Of a DNA stretch of 41,894 nucleotides, positions 11,701-20,432 are shown in pieces. Within the stretch, counting starts at the first letter, position 1, and the number at the start of each line of letters is the position of its first letter. A program made the position numbers and the translations under genes. The notes below the pieces were generated by a model. It searched no databases and was not told where the DNA came from. It worked only from the letters and a program-made list of their open reading frames with translations. The stretch comes from Seison nebaliae (lineage: Eukaryota), in contig JALJEE010003184.1 of NCBI GenBank assembly GCA_023231475.1, forward strand, positions 1 to 41,894, written 5' to 3'.

Positions 11701-14700
11701 TCATTTGGAGAAATGCGAGTCATATCGTTCTTTTCGAACGAAATCAATTACAAGATCTCTCTAATTTTCCTTTGACGATTGACGGATATTATTGTATGAT
11801 AAATGTAAGTCGAAATCGATGGGATAATTGTCAAACTGAAAATTTATTGAGTATTTTAGGTACAGAGAAATCGATCCAAATTGATGGTAATGTGATGAGT
11901 AGAAATAATATAAGAAATCTTATTAATTTCAATATCGATTCCAATGCTTTCCATACACATATTAGTAATGGTGTTGTGATGTTTAATGAATTTATTGGAA
12001 ATGTTCCATATCATCCAATGGAACGATCAATTCTTTATAAAATTTATAATTTAAATAATTTACCCGAATGTGCAATTTCATTATTTGGCATACAAAATGT
12101 AACTATTAATTATAATAGTTTTATGAATGATCAATTGAAGAAAGATGTGATTGCTGGTGTTTATGCTAATTCATTGAATTCTTCCATCGATATTCGATTC
12201 AATTGGTGGAATCGAATTAGTGACATTTATCTTCGATTTATCGATATTGGTATTTATAATCATTTCTCTCGAATCCAATATGCTCCATGGTTGAGTTCCG
12301 ATAATTTGATAACTCCATTTCCAAATGAAATTGAACATCGAGAAAAAGAAGATTTCTCTTATAAGAAAATGATGACGATAAATGGAAAGGAAGATGAATA
12401 TGAATTTATCGGAGGAATATTGACTGATGATTATCGATTGACAGGAAAGAAGATAATTTATGTAGAGAAAGATATTACTATTCTACCTACAAATACTCTG
12501 ATTGTTGATGATGGAATAGAATTGAGATTTTTTCCACAAATCGGAATTTTAGTTCTAGGTGATTTGTATGTTGGTGGAAAAAAGAATTCCCCCATTAAAA
12601 TGACGAATGCATTCAATTTAATTAATAAAAATAATGAAGAAATTTTAAATAATAATTTAAATTGGGAAAGAAAACATTCGAATGTTGTTCTCTTAGATCC
12701 AGAAAATGATTATCATTTATCATCGAAAAAAGGATATCTTCATTTATTCAATGAAACCATTTCCGAATATTTACCGTTATGTGATCGTCGATTTTCTCAA
12801 GAGAATGCTCTCGCTGTTTGCAATGAGATCAGTGAACGATATGGGACACGGTTGTCGATGACAGTTCGATATCATTCCATTCGTCGAATTCATTCAGAAG
12901 AATGGAATCGAACAACTTCATGGAACGAAACATTTTATTGTAACAGGAACGACAAGAAATTGGAGAATTGTAAGAAAAGTGAAAATTTCGATTTAATCCA
13001 TTGTCAATTGGAGAATCGTTTCATTTATATTCAATGTTATCAAAATGATAATAATGACGAAGGAAATTTTGAAAATTCCAATTTATTTTGGGGTGGTATT
13101 CGATTCGGTTTACCATTTTATGAAGCGTTTCCTACTGAACAATGGATATCAATCAATAACGATCAATGGAAAGTGAGAGAATTTGAAGAGAGTGAAATTT
13201 GGTTTTTAAATATAGAGAATGCAGGAAATCTCCATCATTCACCATCACCATGTATCCAATTAACATCTCGAAGTATTCCATTGAAATTCATAAACATTGA
13301 CAATTGTCTACATTATTCGGTTGAAGCTGTCACACCGTTCTCTCCATTAATAGTGACAGATGTCAACGTGAGAAATGGACGACGAAAAGCGTTTAATATC
13401 ATCGGAATGGTACCAGGTGCTGATGCCTTTTATACTGCTCGTGATCCCAATGATATTTTCCGTGAACATCCGAAAAATATTCAATTGACACCAATGCAAT
13501 TAGCAGCTCAAGGTGTCGTCTTTTCCGGTAAAGGTATTGATATTATTGGAAAAAAAGGTGATCATTTCCTTCCTGATTATCCGATTTCTTCCAATGTTTG
13601 GGGCACTGTCCAAATGTGTGATTCGATCAAAGAGATTTATATAACAACTCGATTACTTCTTACTTATCGATATACGAATAAGGAACGAATTTGTGCTAAA
13701 GTTCTTCGAATTCGACCCACAATGAATCGAAATCATTTAATGGTGAAATTTATCCAATTTAAATTATGGAAAGATCAATATGCAAATGATACCATCCAAT
13801 TATATCACGGAAATTTTCTTCATGATACGAAAACGCATTTGGCGAAATTAACGAATTTTACCTCCGAAAAATGGTTATTTTCACGTCTCTTCATTTCTCG
13901 ATCGAACACTTTATCCATTTTCCTTCGATCATCACCAGCAAATGCTGATTTTGGATTCGTTGCTGAAGTGGTCGTTTATCCTGTTCTTATTTCTGGTATT
14001 ACCGTTCTCCAATCTCCTCATTTATTGGAGAGAATCCATGTTAGTGGAACGAATGATGGAGTTATGAATTATTTCGGTACACCTGGACGATCATTATTAT
14101 CAAATCGAAATGGGAGAACTTCTGGTTCGGCTGAAATGTTCATTAATCGTTTGTCTTGTGAGAGAAGTAGAAATTCGGTTTTTAATGAGAGTAGTCGTTA
14201 TTCGTTATTGAATTTCCATGTGCAACAATCATCATCAATCATAATTAGTAATAGTCATTTTAATAATAATAAAGTAGGAAAAGTAATTGGGATAGTGGGA
14301 CGTGATGGAACTAAAATAGAAATCGTCAATAATTATTTTTCAATGAATTCCAATGGAACTCTCATTCAAATTGATGGTGATGAGAAATTAATGATTCATT
14401 CTCATATCCAATCAAATATCTTCATTTATAATATGGTCAATCATTATCAATCATTATTCAAATTCAATTCAGCATATGTAAATTTTACGAGAAATTATAT
14501 CGAACGAAATATCGGCCGATATATCATGGATATTTCTAATCCGGATTTTTCTACCATTCCATTAAGTTACATCCATTCCAATCAATTGATCCATAATGAA
14601 GTTTATGGAATTATATTCGAATTGAAACGTGATGATCGATTTCAATCACTTATCCTCTTCCGAGATTCAAATACGGAATTCCAATTTAATTATTTAATGA

Positions 14701-16334
14701 ATCCCTCAGTGGAATTCTCTCTCATTCTCTCAACAAATGAATCATTTTTAAATTATTTCAGAAATAATTATTCATCTGTTAATGCTAAACATAATTATTG
14801 GGGAACAAGTCGAACATCACAAATTGGTGCAAGAATTCGTGACCGTTCTGATGATTTCCAATTGGGAGAAATTATTTTCCAACCTTTCATTTCTAATGAT
14901 GATCTGTTAAAACAATCACAATGTCCTCCTGGTTGGACATTTATTCGTGACGATTGTTATCTTTATATTCCTCTCTATTTCTCATACGATGAGGCATTTG
15001 TTGAATGTAAGAAATTGGGAGGAATGGTCGCTTCAGAAGGAATACCTCGACGAATCGATTCACTTCTACAATTTGCAGTTCAACAACAATTTTATGGATC
15101 GACTACTTATATCTGGTTATTTTCACCCCGATCAAAACTTCGAATAAAATCGAAAAATTATTCGAATAAATTTCAGAAAAATAATTCAATAAAAATGATC
15201 AAAATGAATGAAAGTTCACGAATCCATCAAATCTCTCCAATCTTCCAAGAACATTTTCATTATTTCCACAATGTTCATGAAGAGAAATTGAAAGAGAAGA
15301 AATTGAGGAAAGGAATTTGTCGATATGCGTCCACTTCACGTGTTCATGAAATCGATTGTTCGTCAACTTTTCGAGCACCAGCTATTTGTCAACGATCAAC
15401 TAATTCTCCAATTGCTATCGGAGTCTTTTTGTCAAAGGAGAAATTCCGATTAATTATTATTATTATGTCCATCATTTTCATTTGTATTATTTTTCTATTG
15501 ATTTGTTGGTTGATGAAATCAAGAAAGAGGAAAATGGATCATTTTAAAAGAACAGAAACAATGAGAATTAGTGTTCGTTCTAATTTCAATTCGAATATTT
15601 ATCAATCTATTAAAAAACAACAACAACAACATCAAATAGTAAAACAACAACAAAATCTTTCCATTTCACCATCATCATGTGTGCATGCAATTGATACGTT
15701 AATGAAACGAAATCGACCGAATCAATTGACTGAATCAATGGTAACTAATTCCACTCTAATATCTCCACATCACAAATCGAGAACGAATACGAAAACTTTT
15801 AATGATCGATATCATCCGAAAAGCGATTCGATTGAACGTGACAATTCTGCGGATTGTTTATTGAAAACGAAAAAGAATATTGAGAATGAAAATCAAACAT
15901 TCACATCACCTAAATCGAAAGTTTATGAAGAGAAGAATATGATTCGTTCATCAACTTATGAAGATTTATTAGATGAACAAAAGAAGTCAGAAGAATTATC
16001 ATCAATTAATCATTCATATCATCATCTCAACAAATTCAAAGAGAAAGAAACATCAGATATAAGTAAAATATCTACAATCAACAACAACAACAATGATAAG
16101 AACAATAAGATTTCCAATAAATCAATTTTCGATGAACAAAGTCAACATTCAACTTATTCGACTACTCAATCGGCAACTCAAGAATTTGCGTTCTCATCTC
16201 AATTGAATAAAGATTCTTTACCTCCTTTAGAATCAGTTGATATGCAATCTCATCAGATATCTAACATGTCTTCTAACTCAACTTTCCATTCACGTCCTCT
16301 ACCCAAAATAAATGTTCGAAATAAGAAAAAGTAG
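5784..16334 (+). CDS. bark: Protein bark beetle/anakonda-like giant type I membrane protein (SRCR, CUB, parallel beta-helix repeats, C-type lectin, TM, cytoplasmic tail), single exon
   Basis: Signal peptide; three SRCR-like units (RLFGG...EG...VC...VICRQLG; GYICD...AAQVLC; PLCD...ALAVC), each followed by W(G/Y)GI; CUB-like segments; GxxI beta-helix repeats; NAxxNYWG...IRDxxD followed by CPPGW...CY...C lectin; TM FRLIIIIMSIIFICIIFLLICWLM near 15445-15515. This tripartite architecture is characteristic of bark. Confidence 0.9.
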   Translation: MKYNRLRLNLLICFLVVDVNSFSILPSTIDKDLHLKCNKSKCIYKVKEHVKILRRVKLRIDEKHEIRFSPGRTMTVMGSLIVNGTKNNRVKFTSDRPIERRKLSELNIRLFGGDSSNEGLFQMKRKHHWINVCSHNLLWTRYDSKVICRQLGYVNGTWSSYRMSNNDSWNMIIDRPKCNGNEMEIKNCPSFRIRRIGENVCHGQKLLSLLCDGVALKNYWGGIIFDDYSDVKEISTFNNFINISNSIFQYVVLENGGQLKRRSWSTITSYRFSPIMNWVEIRESFGHALNASNIQSTISINNSFFHNNRGSGLFIDSHFGDVQINNCRMTNNYGSGIIYHFNQTTWSGSDYLDFPLLQYFDFCRTASTRQFPSYLIFRPKTIGHWCERSVVTIDRYFVTLHFQSVRLRSQHEIQVEIFDGLNVYSDLLYKFNISDRAIPQSITSRTHQMLIRIFWENGSSSMEDEMTLFLTTSSHSNGASDITIENSIISQNYQNGINITNSHSLVRLSNVEIERNDGTGLLLNDGATDLHVIHSIIRMNEDSGINMTYSGGEKFINNSIIEQNGRNGIIMKSTSIHQSNKQPMTKLSNRYGRLIEIKQNLTLSNTKIINNRKNGLLLHPYCRHNSNLTINNTLFKGNDYSGLMIISCDSTNRQWLPFRIIPPHFDELNKRYVKEWHSVPLTNETKNLMINISWSTFDENERYGIIIPNIQLMVGRITNNSFQNTKYGASITIRTNSSNHFNDLVNWMNVSLNVAYNRFHNNSGRYVVELSTREWSISPQFIRFHYNEFKWNNVYAKSFSRSRPVALVVVGSSWVKVERNLFFHLSSLTSMEYGRNGGRYSRIAISSLSSNANRSSIIYAKNNWFGIRKGEFELDTSFNLNKCRHLVSSVREVIWDQFNRSNLPIIQYRPFLCHPCHIYQHDYPTVGDEKIIYTNPRNPTNPSVVGGIVGNHVLKLHEKIYCLYDDLFVRSNTKLVMNIGQTIYARNGVGIFISGEMRIDGFSSSSSSHSSSILTLTHLTRETEHYCLNDNQYNLNEEDDEKSIHQYDLCSHSHRSVGFHQNDFFFQTVRYKRNIDLFNIIIKNNTIINNNDNNSEMTTSMMKNDDMEILTEFFNSTPSIIDEFEPIIKEKINHQLIDSRMGRILILENRTENVERNEFIKFSLNQNDEIIGELNGMEGYICDESFDLSAAQVLCGEMGKSIDMIYWNEQMREKKKREKIEKKRNFVLSELICDDDAMSIIDCDYLTMNEFQCENENFVKLRCVERGWYGIRLEPAAFPKSKLFGLKIIGAGEWDQWGREDFTSSLTIDLLRQHEISDLTFINSISYDIHLMATIPHTVHRNLLKKINGSSIRISSSFIELDEVNLTSTSRMMSLHIDSEKSNRQLMELRELIMTEQSTIDSSSEENYLNYLHNYKDEENEEERLFHRDYLHKSSSQFSEIKDRLKCDKIVRLPLPKPWNRYGWSDIPSWLYDRYLEVNTKMYHKENLLQSFPSYGPWASEVLGWQSVNIHHRDPFQNRIPSIHSLNHISNKYHANYDGTLEAFQSNQFNKLSFDDIRRKNQRLWRLWREIDKQHLWNEWFNAIENKVIIDRDRLLWILSDGNETATLTNYANEMAEMERKKKSKWNIFNNRTTFPSVFEKNESIIIGTRDMRDILIVDLVDYSILDMETSDTDHLVKEYQKNLEFSYHLHGNENFDSSTSFTNFNTNYKRKKYFQSNRFAHDRQKDKWYPGYGTSEQILICETLCNISIPNLRRWNLTHNSTQFPINTTASQIEIIIITTNGTISKRPLLMVTAMEKLTTYIDRFDIDDGKLNEIIVKNSSIAFANNGIVINSYEHDYWNDYRRRRYDNQTIRIIGTLFYENSKKSKSSLSGGIKLISSNVNDWQWKQMIHIKQRLSRLNISIIESTFHQLNLAIHQSCPSDRLSNNLIHWTIYRNEFSKNEELFKSFSNHEISGIQLTFSPISIDTLNSSFIWRNASHIVLFERNQLQDLSNFPLTIDGYYCMINVSRNRWDNCQTENLLSILGTEKSIQIDGNVMSRNNIRNLINFNIDSNAFHTHISNGVVMFNEFIGNVPYHPMERSILYKIYNLNNLPECAISLFGIQNVTINYNSFMNDQLKKDVIAGVYANSLNSSIDIRFNWWNRISDIYLRFIDIGIYNHFSRIQYAPWLSSDNLITPFPNEIEHREKEDFSYKKMMTINGKEDEYEFIGGILTDDYRLTGKKIIYVEKDITILPTNTLIVDDGIELRFFPQIGILVLGDLYVGGKKNSPIKMTNAFNLINKNNEEILNNNLNWERKHSNVVLLDPENDYHLSSKKGYLHLFNETISEYLPLCDRRFSQENALAVCNEISERYGTRLSMTVRYHSIRRIHSEEWNRTTSWNETFYCNRNDKKLENCKKSENFDLIHCQLENRFIYIQCYQNDNNDEGNFENSNLFWGGIRFGLPFYEAFPTEQWISINNDQWKVREFEESEIWFLNIENAGNLHHSPSPCIQLTSRSIPLKFINIDNCLHYSVEAVTPFSPLIVTDVNVRNGRRKAFNIIGMVPGADAFYTARDPNDIFREHPKNIQLTPMQLAAQGVVFSGKGIDIIGKKGDHFLPDYPISSNVWGTVQMCDSIKEIYITTRLLLTYRYTNKERICAKVLRIRPTMNRNHLMVKFIQFKLWKDQYANDTIQLYHGNFLHDTKTHLAKLTNFTSEKWLFSRLFISRSNTLSIFLRSSPANADFGFVAEVVVYPVLISGITVLQSPHLLERIHVSGTNDGVMNYFGTPGRSLLSNRNGRTSGSAEMFINRLSCERSRNSVFNESSRYSLLNFHVQQSSSIIISNSHFNNNKVGKVIGIVGRDGTKIEIVNNYFSMNSNGTLIQIDGDEKLMIHSHIQSNIFIYNMVNHYQSLFKFNSAYVNFTRNYIERNIGRYIMDISNPDFSTIPLSYIHSNQLIHNEVYGIIFELKRDDRFQSLILFRDSNTEFQFNYLMNPSVEFSLILSTNESFLNYFRNNYSSVNAKHNYWGTSRTSQIGARIRDRSDDFQLGEIIFQPFISNDDLLKQSQCPPGWTFIRDDCYLYIPLYFSYDEAFVECKKLGGMVASEGIPRRIDSLLQFAVQQQFYGSTTYIWLFSPRSKLRIKSKNYSNKFQKNNSIKMIKMNESSRIHQISPIFQEHFHYFHNVHEEKLKEKKLRKGICRYASTSRVHEIDCSSTFRAPAICQRSTNSPIAIGVFLSKEKFRLIIIIMSIIFICIIFLLICWLMKSRKRKMDHFKRTETMRISVRSNFNSNIYQSIKKQQQQHQIVKQQQNLSISPSSCVHAIDTLMKRNRPNQLTESMVTNSTLISPHHKSRTNTKTFNDRYHPKSDSIERDNSADCLLKTKKNIENENQTFTSPKSKVYEEKNMIRSSTYEDLLDEQKKSEELSSINHSYHHLNKFKEKETSDISKISTINNNNNDKNNKISNKSIFDEQSQHSTYSTTQSATQEFAFSSQLNKDSLPPLESVDMQSHQISNMSSNSTFHSRPLPKINVRNKKK

Positions 16335-16549
16335 AATCACATTTGTATCTCATTCTTTTTTATTCTATTTTCACATACGTCAACTTCATTCAAATTATGC
16401 TTTTATTTTAACTTAAATAATTATTAAATGTAAAAAAATAATAAACAAATCATTTATATTCGTTATTTTCTAATGAATTCTAATGAAATTTCGAAAAATG
16501 CCACTGATGAATTGTCCCATTTCGAATTTTATTATCCAATTGTACGGAT

Positions 16550-17437
16550 TTAAGTTTTCAAATGTTTCGATTGATGTATGAAAAGTGTTGGAAGTTCGTT
16601 GACATTAAGAAATGATTCAATCTTCCGATATAATTGAATCAACTCCAAAGCGGATTGTTGATTGAAATTGATGGAATCAAAAATGGTTTCCAATTCCTCC
16701 ATCAAATACATTTGGATTGTTCCACTAATAAAGTTGTGATATGCTTCTAATATTTCTTTCAATTCTTCCTTATTTCTATAAGTCACAATGTTTTCTTTAG
16801 TTCTTTCTTTTTTAGATAAAAGACTGTAAATGGTTGAAGTATATTTACTTAAGAAAACAATATCATTCCCTTCTAATTGACGAGATAATGAATCAAAGAA
16901 ATTTTCGACAAGAACTTTTTTGTCGTTGTGGAGAAATTCCCAATTAATTTCCTTTTTCTTCATTTTATTCTTATTCACTTTTGTTGTTGTTGATGTTGTC
17001 GTTACCAATTTTTCTCCCAAACTTTTTTCGACAACTAATGGAGGCAATATGGAAGTTGATTTTCTGATGATTTGTGGTTTATTTTGAGTTTTCTTCTTCA
17101 TTCGACCAGCAGATCTTGAAGCTATAAGGCGATTTTTCTCTTCTTCTTTTTTTCTTTCTGCCTCTTTCTTCTCCCCGTTGAAATCTTTGTTCTTCTTATG
17201 TAAAGACTTTGCTGTACTCAACACCTTATTCACTTCAACAACCAACTCATCATCAACATTCTTCTCGCTAGAGGCACTGTTACTTCTATTGGTCGTCGTC
17301 AGAGTTGGAAGTTGAGGTTTGCGTTGATGTGAGAGAATAAACTGAAGATTCTCATCTAAGGATAATCGATTAGTAAGTAATTTATATTCTTTCTGAAATG
17401 TTTCATAAAAATGAAACACCTCTTCAATTTGATTCAT
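16550..17437 (-). CDS. TEDC2: Probable tubulin epsilon and delta complex protein 2 (TEDC2)-like, 295 aa
   Basis: Intact ORF. DELVVEVNKVLSTA, YRNKEELKEI...LMEEL and LYRKIESFL recall the spaced TEDC2 motifs (from memory; weak similarity). Confidence 0.45.
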   Translation of the reverse strand: MNQIEEVFHFYETFQKEYKLLTNRLSLDENLQFILSHQRKPQLPTLTTTNRSNSASSEKNVDDELVVEVNKVLSTAKSLHKKNKDFNGEKKEAERKKEEEKNRLIASRSAGRMKKKTQNKPQIIRKSTSILPPLVVEKSLGEKLVTTTSTTTKVNKNKMKKKEINWEFLHNDKKVLVENFFDSLSRQLEGNDIVFLSKYTSTIYSLLSKKERTKENIVTYRNKEELKEILEAYHNFISGTIQMYLMEELETIFDSINFNQQSALELIQLYRKIESFLNVNELPTLFIHQSKHLKT

Positions 17438-17493
17438 TCCAATAAAGTTTTCGGGAAGAAGAAGCTTAAAACTAAACTAATAAATTGAATAAA

Positions 17494-19643
17494 TGTCTCA
17501 AAATTATCTATTATATCATATTTAATCGTCAATTACCATTAACTACCGATAACCAACACGTGACATCTCATTCTCGTCAACTACCGACCCATTAATCTCG
17601 TCGTCGAACGAAATTGATTTTAAGATATATAAAAATTTTGCCCTGTAAACTATTTTTCATAATTGAAAATATTCTATAAATCATAAAATGGATTTTTTAA
17701 TTAAACTGACATTAAAAAGGTCATCGAGAGGAGTTTTTGGCTCGAGAGGACTCATATTCGTGAGTTATCATATCCGTTAAACACCATTTGAGATTATTTC
17801 GGTGATACTCCGTTTCGTTTTGTACCGATTTTCTAATTTTTTGCGATAGTCATCGTCGATGACTCCTACAAAGAGTCTAATATAGCATAATTGTCGCATA
17901 AACGCGCATTTCAAAAAAACTACTTTTTTATACATGCATGCACTTTGATAACGCACGAGTTAATCTCTATCCACTCCAATGCAATGCCTCTTCTCTGCTC
18001 AAATAACTCTACATTTGATGCAACATTCAATTGTCTATTACTTGTTTTATGTTGTCTGTTGTAGTACGCTTCTTGTCGACGCTTGTTTTTCTTCTCGTTA
18101 TCGATTAACTGTTGCTAAAGATGTTGTAAATTATGTATTTTACCGCTTTCGTGATGTCAACCGTACATGATTTCGAACCGAGTAAAACCCGTTGTAGAAT
18201 TTTGGCTTTCCGATAGGATACAGAAGCTGAATTGACATAATTGCACCACTGATCTGTTTTGGGACAATTTTTTCGAAAATATGTTCGTATTGTGCGATTC
18301 ATTCTTTTCGTTAATCCGTTGGTTTGTGGGTGGAATGCTCTGCTCATCCGGTGATCGATTCCTCTTAGCTATAAGAACCGTTCGGTTGTGGAATTGGTGA
18401 AGTTCGAAACTCTATCGGAAATTATTGTCCGGTATGTTGACCTGGAATTGCAATCATAGATTCCAGAGATTCACAGATATTCCGACTTTGAATATTTTTT
18501 AATGCGAATGTAAATGGAAATTTACTGAAATATCCACCACAACAAAAATATAAACGTTTCCATTAATCGATTTTTCGAGGGGACCCAAACAATCCATAGT
18601 CCATATCTCACTTGGTTGAGTGGTTGAGATTTTTTTCAACTTGTTTCTAGATGGCGAGGTTTTGCACATTTGGCACTTGCTGCAGCATCGGATGAAAGTG
18701 TTGATTTCTTTGTCTACTTTCTACGATTGCCTTTGTCCGATTTATCACATAATGTCTTCTTTCTACTTCGTCATGACATTTGGAAATGATCGTTCCTCTG
18801 ATGTTTTTCGGGATGAACAACGTGAATTCTAACTCTATCCACAGAATATCGGTTTTCCATTTAAGTTTTTTGTTTTTCGTCGCTCTATACGATGCTCGGA
18901 TGCATTTCTCAGATGCGTCGGTTATCAGCGTCATTGATTTCTTGAAATCAGAGAGATTTAGAGACGAATGTTTCAGTAGTTTTTCCTTTAAAATTTCGAA
19001 TTTCTCGATCTTTTCTTTCGATGACTCCGTATCGTGAATATTCAAGGAATCGGAATCTGTCAAAGCCCCTTGTTGATATCTAATTTTGAGAACCAAACTT
19101 GCTTGCTTAATTTATTGAGTAAGGAGCCGATTTTTGGAATTGGTGATGGTTTTTTTACAGTATTATCATTCAATTTTCGAAAATCGAGGCAAAATTGGTT
19201 CGAACCATTCTTCTTCTTCACTAGTACTACTCGATTGCAAAATGGCAAAGGACTTTTACTAATGACTTCATTCTCCAGCATCTCGTGTAATTGTTGTCGA
19301 ATTTCTTTCGTAATTATTGGATGATACGATTTTCTTTCGATATGGATGACAGCTGAATCTTCTTTCAACGGGATTTTGTGCCGAATTTTTTCCGATGTCA
19401 AGTTCTTTTTCTGCGAAAACTGACTGAGTCATATTCTTTGACTACCATCTTCATCGTATGGTCCATCTCATTTTCCTTATGCTCTTTTTCCGGATTTTCC
19501 TCGTCAACTGTCCTTAATTGGGTCTTTTGTTTCGTTGATTCGAACACAGTTTGATTATTTATGATCTTTTCTTTGTAATTCACGCTTATTCTCAACTGCT
19601 TCATTGAATCGCGTCCCAAGATCGACCGAGATATATTTTCCAT
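17494..19643 (-). mobile_element. Decayed, internally deleted Ty3/Gypsy LTR retrotransposon (PR-RT-RH-IN order)
   Basis: Protease end ILGRDSM; RT HKIPL...VVLVKKKNGSNQFCLDFRKLN...PIPKI...FSKLD; RNase H LITDAS; integrase Zn region IP...II...CHD...H; core FHPQTNGLTKRMNRTI. Many frameshifts. Purine tract followed by TGTCAC at 17565 on the minus strand. Confidence 0.9.
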
Positions 19644-19659
19644 TATTTTTGGGACAATG

Positions 19660-20243
19660 ATTTTCCAGTTTTATTCTTTAATATACACGATCCAATGCTT
19701 CTCAGATTTGCATCATTTATGGAAACTAGATTTGTTCCTTTCGATTAATTAATCATCGATGTAAATGTTTTCCGATTTCTATAAAAATTAAGTTGTTTCA
19801 TACTTTCTGCTGCGATTTCTACGCTCTACAGGCAGCTACATTCAATCGTTTTCAATGAAATCAATGTACCCTTTAGATCGAGCATATAATTGATGCATTC
19901 GAACACATTCATTTATTAGGTTGTAAACGCTTCTTCCTTCCATACCTCCTTTATAAACACAAAGCGGTATCCTTCCTTACTAGAGAAGATGGATGGTTCA
20001 GAATTTCCTATTCCTTCTTTTAAAGATATACTACCACTTACGTCTCCATTGTCGTTTTTCTGTTCGTACTCGGTTGTACAATGCAAGAGAATTGATAGAC
20101 TCAATCTCACTTCGTTCCTCACTTGTGTCACTTGATAGACTTGGTTTCCGACAATCTAAAAAATCATATACCAAGATGCCGTAAACTAATTTCCAACGAC
20201 CTTTAGATTACCCTATAGGGATTTACATTTACAATAAAAAAAA
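19660..20243 (+). mobile_element. 5'-truncated non-LTR retrotransposon 3' fragment with A-tail
   Basis: Broken ORF2 C-terminal motifs (FPISIKIKLFHTFCCDFYAL, LDRAYN) resembling 41100-41700. 20141-20243 matches the reverse complement of 41757-41894. Ends in an A8 run. Confidence 0.7.
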
Positions 20244-20432
20244 TTAATCGAATCGATTGATCATATTTTCATTTTGATCATTATTTATCATTCTTTAAAA
20301 AAGTTTCAACATTTTCTTATAATTCGGATTAAAACAATCAGAATATTGAAGAAAGAAGATACTGATAAGAATAAAAGATTGAACAAATAAAATTTATTTA
20401 CAAGACAATATTTGAGGTTATACGAATGAAGT

